The translations under genes were made by a program, and so were the position numbers. From Lama glama (taxonomy: Eukaryota): a stretch of 64,000 nucleotides of DNA. Positions 25,650 to 37,344 of this stretch are shown piece after piece (positions within the stretch are counted from its first letter, which is position 1; the number at the start of each line of letters is the position of its first letter). Location: assembly GCA_028534125.1 (NCBI GenBank), contig CM052818.1:4404001-4468000 (forward strand). The letters are read 5' to 3'. A model generated the notes under the pieces. That model made no database searches and was not told the DNA's origin. It was given only the letters and a program-made list of their open reading frames with translations.

Positions 25650-26060
25650 GCCTTGAGGTTGCGGGTCAGCGCGAGCCACTGCAGTGAGTCCGTCACGGCT
25701 CCAGCGCGGGCGCGAGCGCGAGGCTGCAGCCCCCGAGCCGCCTGGCCCCCTCTCCCCTTTCTCCTCGCCTCTCTGTCTGTCCCCCTCCTCGCCGTCTCTC
25801 CTCCCGCGCTCTCCGTCTCTGAATCTCGACGTTAATTTCTCTCCTGCCCGCCCGCTCCCGCCTGCCCCGTCACCCGGCCGGCGCGGTCCCCGCGGCGCCG
25901 CCTCCCCTCCCCCAGCCCGCACCCCCTCCCCCGCTGGCGTCCCGAGGGCCGCAGCCGCCCCAGCCCAGCGTAGCCCGGCCGCCGCCGCTGCTTCCTGCGG
26001 GAGCCCGTCTCAGCGCCGACACTCTCCTCCGCGCGAGCGAGCCGCCGACCGCCCAGCAAA
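25650..26060 (+). other. PPP3R1: PPP3R1 exon 1 5' UTR (start approximate)
   Basis: GC-rich sequence running up to the ATG/donor. The 5' boundary is inferred from the position just downstream of the GC-box cluster. Confidence 0.6.
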
Positions 26061-26063
26061 ATG
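26061..26063 (+). CDS. PPP3R1: PPP3R1 (calcineurin subunit B type 1) coding part of exon 1: initiator ATG only
   Basis: ccagcaaaATG|gtgagc: ATG directly followed by a consensus GT donor at the 3' end of a CpG-island exon. Splicing to 54698 gives M-GNEASYPLEMCSH, the known calcineurin B N-terminus. Confidence 0.93.
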
Positions 26064-28788
26064 GTGAGCCCTTGGCTTCCCCACGCACCATCCCTCCCCG
26101 CCCGCTGGTCCCAGGGGCAGGGGCGGGGGCGAGCCCGGACGCTCCTGGTCGGCTTCCCCCAGTGGAAAATTCGAGACCCGAAAGAGCCTTAGCGGCCCGG
26201 GGGCGCCGGCGGGGGCGGCGGGCGGCCGATTGACAGCATGGCGGGGGCCCCCGCGCCCGCCCCCGGGCCTCCGCGGGGCGCCCCTCCGCACCCTCCCCCC
26301 GCGCCCGCCGGGATTCCGCCCGGGCCTCGACCCCTGCTGCCCCGGCCGTCCGCCGGGGACTGTCCCCTGGTCGGCCCGCGTTACTTCCCTCCGGACTCTC
26401 CCCCACGTGGAGCCCCCGGCACCCCCAGACTCACTCTCTCAAGTTCGGAGAGATTCCGGAATCCTATGGAAATCATATGTGGCAAATGGCCTTTTATATA
26501 AGACCCACTTTCTCTTCGGAGCTGCTCTCTCTCCCACTCACGCTCTATTTTCAAGCGATGAGTCTTGGCAGGAATCCTGCCACTTACTTCCCCCTCTCCC
26601 GTTCGTGTTTATTTCATTGCTGTTTGCAACCTTACGGGTTTTTTTTTTTTTTTTCCGCTGCTGCTTTTCTCTCTGCAGTGGCGAACTGGAAAGGTCCAAG
26701 GTGTAGATTCATGAAAACATAGTTAAGTCGGTTCGTGAGAGACGGGGATACTTGTTTTTTAATGCTTACTTACAGCCTGAGGTTTTTCGTTTTCTTTGTT
26801 ACCTTCCTAAGTCGCTCCTGGGCTGCTTGTTTTTGAATCATGGCGATTTAAATTTGTCTTTCCTTACCCTCACATTAATCCCTAGGTAGAATTCACTGCT
26901 GTAGTGTTTCAGACCGACGCTAGGGGTGTGTCTCCCGCCTCTGTCACCGTAGCCAAGAAATCAACGACGCCCTTTTAGCCTGTTACCTTACCGCTTCTCT
27001 CGCTCCGGGTAGCCGGTGTAGTTTCCTCTTCTGATCAAGAATTGTGTGCACGGTAGAAAAAGTTTGCAGTGCTTTTTCGTATGTATCAGGTATCCGAACA
27101 TGTGATTCGGTGGCTCGGCTTTTTCTAAAAGGCTTTAAACAGTTGTCCGAAGATTTTTCGACAGATGGCTTGGCGTTGAGAAATTTCTTGCACCTTTTGA
27201 TTGTGTCGTATTTCACCTTCTATGTAGAATTTAAGTATTTCAGAACAGCGCGGTGGGTGAGGGAACAGAGAAATTCTGTTGATTGCAACTTGAGATCAGT
27301 TTGGTGCGGTTGTGAGGGAAGAAAGTGAAATTAGTCAAGTCAGCTTGTATTTAAGATACAGGACAAATGATTAAGTGCACTTATTAGTGTACTTAAAATC
27401 CAGATTAAGAGCAGACTTCATAAATGAATACTGATTTTGATATGTAGAGGGTTTTTTTCCCTGTCAGCTTGGGAGGCACCCCAGAGACAATTTTGGCCTT
27501 CAGAGTCAAAACTTAAGCTTTTCCATGCTATTACAGAATCCAGGCTAGATCAGAGCCACTCATAGTACGGTCTCTCTCTCTCTTTTTGGACATAATCTTT
27601 TGAGTTATGAATTACACTATTAGGGCTTTAATAAAACTTCTTATACGTGTATCTTACCGGAAGGTCAGGATCTTGAAGATCTGTGTCCATTGCAGTGAAT
27701 GGTTTTAACTGTGTTTATAAGTGATACATTTTGAGGAACAGTGGTCTAGCCTTGTTTATGTAGTATATAGGAGAATGATCTGGTTTCCAAATAGATTTTT
27801 TTTCCCCTGTGGTTCATCCTCCCAGCTCCCCACTCCCACCTTTTTTTTTTTGAACAACAGGCTGACTTTGGGAAATCCTCTTCTAGCTCGTAAATTTACC
27901 TTCCCAGTACTCAAATGTTTATTTATCTTTGAAAAATATTCTCAAATTACCATATGATTTTGTTTTCTAACAGGTCATTATTTCCCCCTTCTTTTCAGTT
28001 TCCTTTTTAGTATTTATTTTCTAATTCACTCTTGGCTCTTTTTTGCTACCGTCCCCTCAGTACCATTTCAGATCATAATTTGTGACAGCAGCTTCTCGAC
28101 TTTAAGGACTATTTCGGTCTGCTGAATATAGCACTGGTTGGAAAATATCAAGACCATACCTATGGCTCAGTTGTGCCATATGGAATATTGATTAACTCAA
28201 ATAAATTGGACTTTGGAGTGATCTGGTTTCACTTTTGTTAATTGAGCATATGGTTCTGAAAACTTTCACTCCCTTTGGAAAATCTTTATAACTCTTACTA
28301 GGTATCATGAAAATATTTAACGTTTTTATCAACAGATTTTAATTTATGAATATCAGTAATTAATTCAAGTAAGGGGAAAGTAAAAAGGCTTATAAGAATG
28401 AATTAAACCTATCAAGAATCTTTTTTGACAGGTATTAATTTTAGTTGCTACCTTAAAAGCATTCTTTTTTTTTATCCTCCAAGAGTTATGTCATTCCCTC
28501 CCTTCATCTCTATTTGAGTTTTAAACTGTTGAAGCAAGTGAGCTGAACATTATACATATGTATGTAAAAATTGAGTACTGAGCTCCTAAGAATTTTCTTT
28601 GAACCATTAATAGTCTGCTGTCTATGGTTAAACAAAGAAATAGACGTTTATTTGTTGAAATACCTAGAGAAAAAATTGTCACATACCTAGTTAGGTGCGT
28701 GTAGTTTTAGATAGGTACTTCAGTGTTACTGACATGCAGAGATAGAAAAAGAAAATAATAATGAAGTAGAATGTTTGGTTAGATCGGT

Positions 28789-28936
28789 CTTTGAGTAATT
28801 CCTGAAAGAGTGAATTTTGCAAAGGCATTTTTAGAAACTTTGAGTAATTCCTGAAAGAGTGAATTTTGCAAAGGCATTTTTAGAAACTTTGAGTAATTCC
28901 TGAAAGAGTGAATTTTGTAAAGGCATTTTTAGAAAC
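28789..28936. repeat. Tandem repeat, 3 x 49 bp
   Basis: Unit ctttgagtaattcctgaaagagtgaattttgcaaaggcatttttagaaa; copies identical except one C>T in copy 3. Confidence 0.97.
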
Positions 28937-30149
28937 ATAGTTCTCTTTTCATGTATCAGATACAGTTTTTGCTGTTCTTAGTATAATTTAGAACTATGAT
29001 CAGGTAATTTTCTATTTTTCTTGAAATAGGTAATACAGATTTTGTTCTGGATGCATATACATATATTGTGCATAAATAATTAGTTATTCTTTTAAATTTT
29101 ATTTTTTTAGGGCAACCTTAGATTTCAGAAATGACCTTTTCATGTTTTTGTATTTTTAAGTTTTTTATTAAAATTATCTCCATGCCCATAAATAGAACCC
29201 AAAACACATTGCTGTCTACAATAACTGCACTTGGAGCTGTACACAGCATATTTTAGTTTAGATTCTGTGACCAAGAAGGGCTACTAAAAAAGGGGGGGGG
29301 ACAAGAAACCTCTCTTATGGCCAACAGAATTAAAATTCACATCAGCCATGAGGTGAAAATTTCACCACTTATTATGTCCCATAGTGGATGAGAAAATTAA
29401 AAAGGTTCAGAGCACAAGGTAAAGAAGCTGACTAAGGGTCAGTCAGCAGTGAGGGGCAGACAAGTGTGGGAGGATCAGGCATGTGTCGAAAGGCAGCAGA
29501 AGTGCGCAGCAGTGAGACGTTGGCCTGGGCCAGGAGGACCGGGCAAGTCAGACAGACTGCGGGCCCAGAGGCTGGGCCAGCAGCGGGTCCGTTCCCATCA
29601 GCAAATACTTGCAGATTCCCTCCGCTCTTCACTGGTGACTGTGCTCGTCATGGAGCATACTGCGATGATTAAGGCAGGTCTCCTACCTTCATTTAAGGAG
29701 AGACTGTAAGACCAATGCCAGTAGGTGTGAAAAAAGTTAGCATGAGTTACCATATGAATGATAATCACAAAGCCGGGTAGAAATTGAGGAAAGAGCAAGA
29801 TCAGCTTCATTTGGGATTAGGGAAAGTTTTAAGAAGGAGGTGACAATTGAGCTGGGTCTAAAAAGATTATTAGGATTGCCAGAGGCAGAGTTGGAAGCAG
29901 CTAGGAAAAGGTTCTTTAAATCCTAGAGCTAGGAAGAGAAGATACCTTTGGCGCACTGACACTTAAAATGTGGTTCCTGGACTGGCAGCATCAGCATCAT
30001 CTGGGAACTTGTTAAGTCCCACCCTGGACCAGCTAAATCTGAAACTCTAGGAATGCAGCCAAGCGGTCTAGATTTGTATGTCTTCCAGGCAGTTCTGTTA
30101 CATGCTGAATTTTAAGAACCATTGTTTAAAGAATAGCATGAAATGTATC

Positions 30150-32000
30150 TATTTAAATTTTAGTTGAGCATCTGTTGATATACCAGACACTGACTATACA
30201 AACAGAAGACATAATTGTAGTTTCCAAGGAGTTTAATCAAGTAGATAAACAAGACAGTTATTAAGCAGTGTGGTATGTGCTGTTAACAAACTAAACATGG
30301 GGTTCTGTAAGAGCACATGGCAGGGAAGAGACTTAATCCAAACTGGGGATGGAAAAGAGAGGTGAATGTCATTCAGAGAAAGCTTCCTGGAAGAGCTGGT
30401 GCCTGAGCTGAGTCTTAAAAGGGTGAGTATTAGCCAGCAGGAAAGGCAGTCTGGGTGGAAAGCTTTCTGTTTAAAGCCACTGAGGCACGGATACAGAGCA
30501 TGGCTGGAGGGTAGGGGATTAGGGCAGAATGGAGAGAGAAGGTGGTCAGGCAGAATGAGGCAAGATCGTAGAAGGGTTTGCATAGCATATGAAGGAATTA
30601 ACATTTTTGGCCCTAAAGCCTGTGGGAAGGTACTGTTTTTAAGCCAGAGAATGGCATTGTGTCATTTACCTTTTGAGAGAAATCAATCTGATGGTCGTGT
30701 GGATAAAATAGGATAGATGGATCTAGACAAGGGGACCAGTTAAATTATTACAATAATGTGAGAAATAAGGACCTTAAAGAATGTAGTAACAGTGTGAATG
30801 GAGAGAAAGGGCCAGATATGAGGCATGTTTAGGAGGCAGAGGATAGGACTTGGTGACTTGGGTTATGGGGAAGGGGTGAGTCCTGCTGTGGCTTCTGGCA
30901 TGGGTGACTGGGTAGGTAATAGTGTCATCCATTGAGCAAATATTTATTGAGTGCCTGTGGGATGCATGGGAAATGCTGTCCCGGTCTCAAGAAACTTCCA
31001 GTTTGCTGGGGTGACTTGTTTCATCTCTAGTGTTTCCTTATCATTTGGCAATTCATGCTTGGAATGTTGTGTTGCAAGAGTCTAAGTTCAGTAGGATCGA
31101 GTGCTGTGAAATATTAACAATGCCTGCTGCATAGACATCGTGGCCTAGGTGAGAGCAGCGGGAACCTGATAGCCTGGAAGTAGGAGGAGGCAGCATAAGC
31201 TTGAGCAGTGATTCTCACGATGTGGATCCCGAACTAGCAGCACAAGGATCATCCGGGACCTCGTTAGATGTACATTCTCTGATGGGGAGATGCCGGAGGA
31301 GAGGATTTGGAGGAGTGATGATTTCTGTTTTGGTCATGGTGAATTGAAAAGTAGTCATGGGCCATCTAGGTGGATATGGCCGACAGGTAATTGGAGAAAT
31401 CTGGGTTTAGATGAAAGATTTGAGTGTTGTATGTATATGTTTTAGGTAGTAGTTGAAGCCATGAAACTGGATGAAATTCTGTTGAGAATATAAAATAAAA
31501 AGAGGACAAGCCCAAAATAACACTGCATTAAGGGGCAGGTGGAAGATGAGGAACCTGTGAATGTTGCCTGAGAATAAATAGCCAGAGAGACAGTTGGAAA
31601 ATTAGCAGAGTGATGTCCTATTTGAAGGAATCAGCAGTGTCTAGATTTTGCAGAGCTCAGGAAAGAGAAGAAGATCGAAGTGTCTTTGGAGAGATCAGGA
31701 GAGTTTGGGGACTTGGCAATAGTACAGAAAATCGCCATTTTGTACTGGTAGCAAGGAAAGCCCGGATGCTGTGAGTTGAGGAATAAATGGGTGGCCAGAG
31801 ATTGAGTGTAGACTGTTCCCTTAGCTTTGACTGGAGGGAGAGACGGTGCAAGTTAGAATACATTTAGGTTTGAGGAAAAATTTATTTTGGGAGTTAAGGG
31901 TACAAGCCAGGAAAGCAGGAGCAGTTGTAGATTCAAAGGGAAAGGATGGAATTGTTAATAGTTTGAGCCCCGGGGAGGTAGGAGGATGGAGGGAGGGAGG
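30150..32000 (-). mobile_element. Ancient L2 fragments with small MER5-like inserts
   Basis: Purine-rich degenerate L2-like text (cagagaaagcttcctggaagag...tgagctgagtcttaaaag; gtagttgaagccatg). Boundaries approximate. Confidence 0.55.
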
Positions 32001-35000
32001 AAGGTATGAGCCTCCTTAGACAAGAAGAGAGGTTTTTCTCATCTATTAACATGGAAGAGAAGGAGACAAAAGTGAAAACTGTTATTGAGGCCATAATCTT
32101 TAAGACAGTAACTTCAGTTTAAGTCCTAGGTAATGAAAATAAGATTGCAAAGGAATGTCAACTCTGCAGAACCTTTGTCTTTGTCTTTTCATTGTTATAT
32201 TCCGCATACTTGGTACATGATAGATGTTAAGCAGTGTTTGAAGAAGGAATGTGGAGGAGTAAGTGAAATAAAGGAGTAAGTGCTGAGGAGACGGTGGAGG
32301 CAACGAGTGCCAGTGCACTTTTTGTGACATTTATGGAAATAAGGACAAAGGAAGTTAATTCAAGTGGTTTACAGTTGGGGTTTTTAGAACAGGAGATACT
32401 CATTAGAGGAGAAGCCAGGAGAGGGAGCTGTGAGAAAGAGGATGATCAACGGAGTGAGCCCTCGAGGTGATAAAGGGAAAGGAGGGGCAGCAAAAAAGAG
32501 GGAAAAGTCCGGGTGAGGGGAGTAGGCTGTGGATGTTTTAATAATGAAGTTCAAACTAGATGGCTTAAAATCATCTCAATAAGAGAGATCTCGAGATAGT
32601 CTGAGGCAAGATCATCTGCTGAAGTTGAGACTGAGGCTGAGGCAGATGGGGTGAGGTTGAGGGTGAAGAGTTATGGAAAAGATTATAGTATCGATTTTGG
32701 AAGAGTTGATAGCAGGGTAGTAAGTAAATATTATTAAATAGTGGGTGGATCAGGAGATGACAACAGTGGATCAGTGACCCAGGAAGTTGATCTAGAAAAA
32801 TAGGAGTTTTAATAAGAAAAGAGCTTAATATTTTGTCAGTCTTGGCATTGGTAACTTCTGATCAAATTGCACAGGTCTAAAAGGAACTATTTTCTGAGTT
32901 CGAGTTTTATTATAAGGACGACACGTAATCATAGAGGAACATTCTTAAAACTTTTTAAAAGTTCTAAACACACTATTAATACAATTACTTGAAAAAATAA
33001 AACCATAATGAAAGGTATAAAATGGAAAATAAGTCTTTCCTGGCCACCCTTTCTCCTTGTGTTGATCACTGTTAAATTTCTTGTATACTCTTCCAAGGAG
33101 GCTTTTTTTTTTTGTATGTGTGGGTTTTTTTTTAACCTATGCCAGTGTGTAGATTTATTAATCTTTTATAATGTAGTTTTTATTAAGATTACAAAGGTTG
33201 GACTTAAAGAGATTTTAATGATGTCATGCTGTAGGTTACTTATTCCGGTCAGTTTTATTCCAAGACTTTTAACCATATTTTAGACGTCAGCATTGAGTCA
33301 AAAACAAATCAGCATAATTTTTTAATCAGGTAGCAATTTCATGATGATTGATGTTGGTACTTCAGCAAGGGTCTGAACTATGACAGTATTATGAAATTAC
33401 TCTTACGGAAAATAATGTATTACTAGAACATGTTTCTTACGTATTTTTGCCACTTAGCACCTTACTAAGTATTAACAAATGGGTGACAGTTTTCTTAAAA
33501 AGAAAACAACTTCGGAATGTAGTAGATAAGGCATCTTAATTTATCTCAAGCTTGCCAGGTTAAAATTTCTTCCTGACTTTTTACCCTTCCAAATAAACCT
33601 TTTCTTCAGCAGTCCAGATCCACTCTCTCCCTCTGAATTTGCTCCATGGACATCCCCAAACACCCCTTTTGTGATCATGAATTGACAGTAATTCTAGCTA
33701 GTCTATAGATGTGGTGCAGGGATAAAAGTTTGAAATGAAACGTGACTAGTCAACATGTCTGGGTTTGTCTTTGGTCTTTATAGTCATGGTCTATAAAAAT
33801 ATTTCAAACATTGGAAGATTTCTGTAGGAAATTCTTTACAATTTAGTACGGGTAATTCAACAAGTCATGGTTCTTACAGGTTACCTCCTCCGAGTTTTGT
33901 CCTGTCAGCTGAAGTCCTTTCTTGGAAGTACCATCGGGAGGGCCACGCCGTAGCCCTGTTGCTGCCCCAGCGAACATTTCTGTAAATGAGATGTCACTTT
34001 GACTCGTCGTTTGGGAGAATTATTAAAGTCATCTGTGCTCTAGCAAGGTCTCTTGACTTTTGTAAACAATGCAGAGAATTCGTTTTTATTTGTATGTCAG
34101 AATCAGGTATGCAGTTTAAAACCAAGGGACAAGAGAGTGAAGCATAGCAACTCACAAAGAGAATCAGACCTTTACCGTTGGCATTATTGGAACTATTGGC
34201 ACTTTATTTGTCCTTTATCTGTCTAGTTTCAGAGATGGTTTTCTTTCATATCCTCCTTAGTGCGATGCCACAGTCTCCTATTATAGGCATGCAATTAGCT
34301 GGAATCCTCTAGTATCATCTGCTTGTAAGGCAGTCTTTACTAAAAATTAGAATGTCAGGAAAAACAAGTGCTAATAGGTAATAATGCAGTCTGTGATTTT
34401 ATGTGTGCTTATGTTGTATCTATTTTCCTGACAAGTAGAATTTCATGAATTATAAACTAACTCAGAATTATCTTTTTCAAATAGTGAATTTATGAATGTA
34501 TAGGCTTACTTCAGCTCTGCCTTCCTACCTAGCTGTCACTTTTTTTTTTTTAACCATCATGCTTGTGACTCATCTGTGTTTGCTCATTTTCTTGTTTTCC
34601 AGCCTACGACAGTCTAGATCTGTGGTGTCCAGTTCAGTAGCTGCTGGCAACATGTGGCTATTTAAAGTATAATTTGAATGAATCAAAATGAAATAAAATT
34701 GTGAATGCAGTTCTTCAGTCACAATGCCTGCAGGTGCCCAGTAGCTGCTTGCGGCTGGTGGTCCCTGCATTAGTGCGGATATATGGAGCGTTCCCATCAT
34801 TGCATAAACGTCTGTTAGGTCGCGCTGAATGATTATGCATCACATGTCACTGCACCTTATCTTCTTGTGTTGGTAGTAATCTTCTAATTATCGGCCTGAG
34901 ATTGGGAGTTGGCAAGATTTGACTTTAGATTCTGGTTCTGCCATTTACTAGCTATGTGACTTTGAACAAATACTGTAAACTCTCTAGACCTCATTTAGCA

Positions 35001-36483
35001 GATGTGTAAAATGGGAATCCCAGCACCTCAGATTGTGGTGACAGTAGAGAGTGTCTGGAAATCCAGCAAATACTCATGAAATGTATTTGGTTCTTCATTC
35101 TTCTTACTTGACTTCTTTGTAACATTGGACTTTGTTGGGAACTCTTCACGTTCTCTCCTTTTGTGTTTTGTAACGTTTCTGCTCGATGCTCCTCTGTCTC
35201 TCTGACCATTTTTAATCTTTGTTCTTCGCCCCTCATCTGGCTTTGGCCCACGGTCCTCTTAAATATGATTGTATCTTTCTCCTATTTAAACTCCTATTGT
35301 AGAGACTAAAATCCTTACCATAGCCCATAGATTTCATTGGCTCTGCTTAATTGTTTACTTCAGCTTCTTTCACGATGTTCTGCTTTCTCTCTGTATTGTC
35401 GCCCTTTCAACCTTGTTACATTTTAGGCAGCATTTATGCTATGTTTATTCTCCCATCTGTTTATTCTACTATGAGAGCCTTTTGCACAGGCTGTGTTTGG
35501 AAAGCCTCAGAAGTCCCTCAAGCAAGTAACTGGGTCTCCCACCCCTGGGCCAGGTCAGACCGTGTGCTTATGTTACACTCTTCTAGGACCTTTTATGTCT
35601 TTTGTGGCACGTGATTCATTCATTCTATAGGTGTTTGGTGGTTTTCTGTCTGCCCATGATACAATGTGGGTTTTATGAGAGTGGGCATCGTGGCTGCTCA
35701 TTGCTGGCTGCCAGCATAGGCTCCTCCAGATGATCAGATTCAGTAAATACTTGTTGAATGAGTGAATCGAGTGAATGTATGAATTCTTTGTTAGTTCTCA
35801 AAGTTCCATCATCTCCTATGTGCCAAGATTCATATTTTCAGCCCACTTCTTTCACCTCTTCCCGAGTCCGCAGATCTGACTGCTTATTGAATATTTATCT
35901 AAATAAGGATGTCTGTAAGATACCTCAAATTCGGCATAATTAAAACCATGTTCATTATATCATTCTCATATTCATGCTTCGCTATTACCTAATTTTTCTT
36001 AATGGAAACAGTATTTGTCCATTCACTCCCATCTGAAAGCCTGGCCTACCTTTTACCCCGCTTCACTACTGCTGAAGTCTTAAGCAGTCCCCGGTCACAG
36101 AGGATAACACAGGAACGCTGCCTGACCTGGTTTGGGGATGGGAGGCTCACTCACTCACTCGAGGGACTTCTGCGGCTTTCCTGTCTGGCTCACATACTAT
36201 CTATAAAGAGGAAAATGTATTTATGACGTTTCTAGCATATTAATGCTCCCTGCCATTGAAGAGTGGCAGCTGAATCAAAAACACACTAACGTAGCTGAAA
36301 GCAGTGAGCTCCTGAAGCATGCAGTCCTGTGTGCTCTCCATACACCGCACTCTTCCTCTCGGCTCATTTCAGCCATTTATCTATGTTGGAAGAATTTATT
36401 GCACATTTCCCCCCAGATGTTTGTGCATTTTTTCTTTGTTTTTGTAACTTAGCTTCAAATACCCTTTACATTTTTTTCTATTA

Positions 36484-36680
36484 CAGTTAACTCTTGAACA
36501 GTATGGATCTATGAACTATGTGGATCTACTTACTTACACACTGATTTTTTTTTTTTCAGTAAATACACGTACTATACGAGCTGGGGTTAGTTGAATCCGT
36601 GGATGTGGAACTGTGGATATGGAGGGCTGACTGTGTGGCGGGTCTTGGAACCAATCCGCACAGATACCCAGGGTTAACTG
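36484..36680. mobile_element. Tc1/mariner Tigger-derived MITE (MER8-like)
   Basis: Terminal inverted repeats cagttaactct...agggttaactg with TA duplication on both sides; internal ggttagttgaatccgtggatgtggaac. Confidence 0.8.
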
Positions 36681-36817
36681 TACTTTGACCTGTGCCTTTA
36701 GAAAGTGCCATGCTTGTTAGTTACTTAGCACACCTTTAACTGCGTTAACATGCTTATTAGGAGTTTCACTGGTTTTGTTAGTGCGCTGGTTTGAGTTGCA
36801 CAGGTGTTAGGTGTCTT

Positions 36818-37344
36818 TGTTACTGAGTCTGAGCTCCACTAAGGCTACTACTGAATCCAGTCTCCTACTGCTTGCTGGGTGCACAACAGACCAGTAAATC
36901 AAGAGATGAGGTGTTGGGGCAAGGGACAGTGCCTTTATTTGGAAAGTCAGCAGACGTAGAAGATGGTAGACTAGTGTCCCAAAGAACCATCTTACCCGAG
37001 TTAGAATTCAGGCTTTTAAAGTAAAAGGAGGGCGTGTGGCTGATTGTGCAAACTTGTTGGGGCTGGAATCCTTTGTTCTTGCAGCTGTCTGGCTAGATCT
37101 GGTCACAGTGCTCCTATAAACTTCCAACAAGACAAATGTTATTGTCTGTTCTGCAGCTTTTTATCTCTATATGAAAGGAAAAATGGTACACTTTTTAAAA
37201 AAATCAGATCCTTGAGAATGGACTACCCTGTATATTTCAGGCTACAGGCAACATTCTTAACTTGTAGCAAGAGTGATAGAATTCAAAAGTTAAGGCAAAA
37301 GAAACAGATCCAGTATGGAATCAGATTTGTTCTTCCCCATTACA
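36818..37344 (-). mobile_element. Solo ERV1-class LTR (527 bp)
   Basis: TG...CA termini, 4-bp duplication tctt (36814-36817 and 37345-37348), AATAAA on the - strand near 36934. Confidence 0.8.

Larger units (their letters stand above)
24830..26430. promoter_or_regulatory. CpG island / PPP3R1 promoter with GC boxes and a CRE-like site
   Basis: Very high GC and CpG density. Multiple ccccgcccc Sp1/KLF boxes (~25411, ~25551, ~25581) and cgacgtca (25391-25398, CRE/ATF-like). No obvious TATA box. Confidence 0.9.

Noticed and set aside
24948..26706. Many long overlapping ORFs (up to 324 aa) on both strands
   Set aside because: Low-complexity Gly/Pro/Arg/Ala translations expected from a stop-poor CpG island; the real coding content here is the single ATG.
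28789..28936. Possible CRISPR-like array
   Set aside because: Copies are contiguous with no unique spacers, and the DNA is mammalian.
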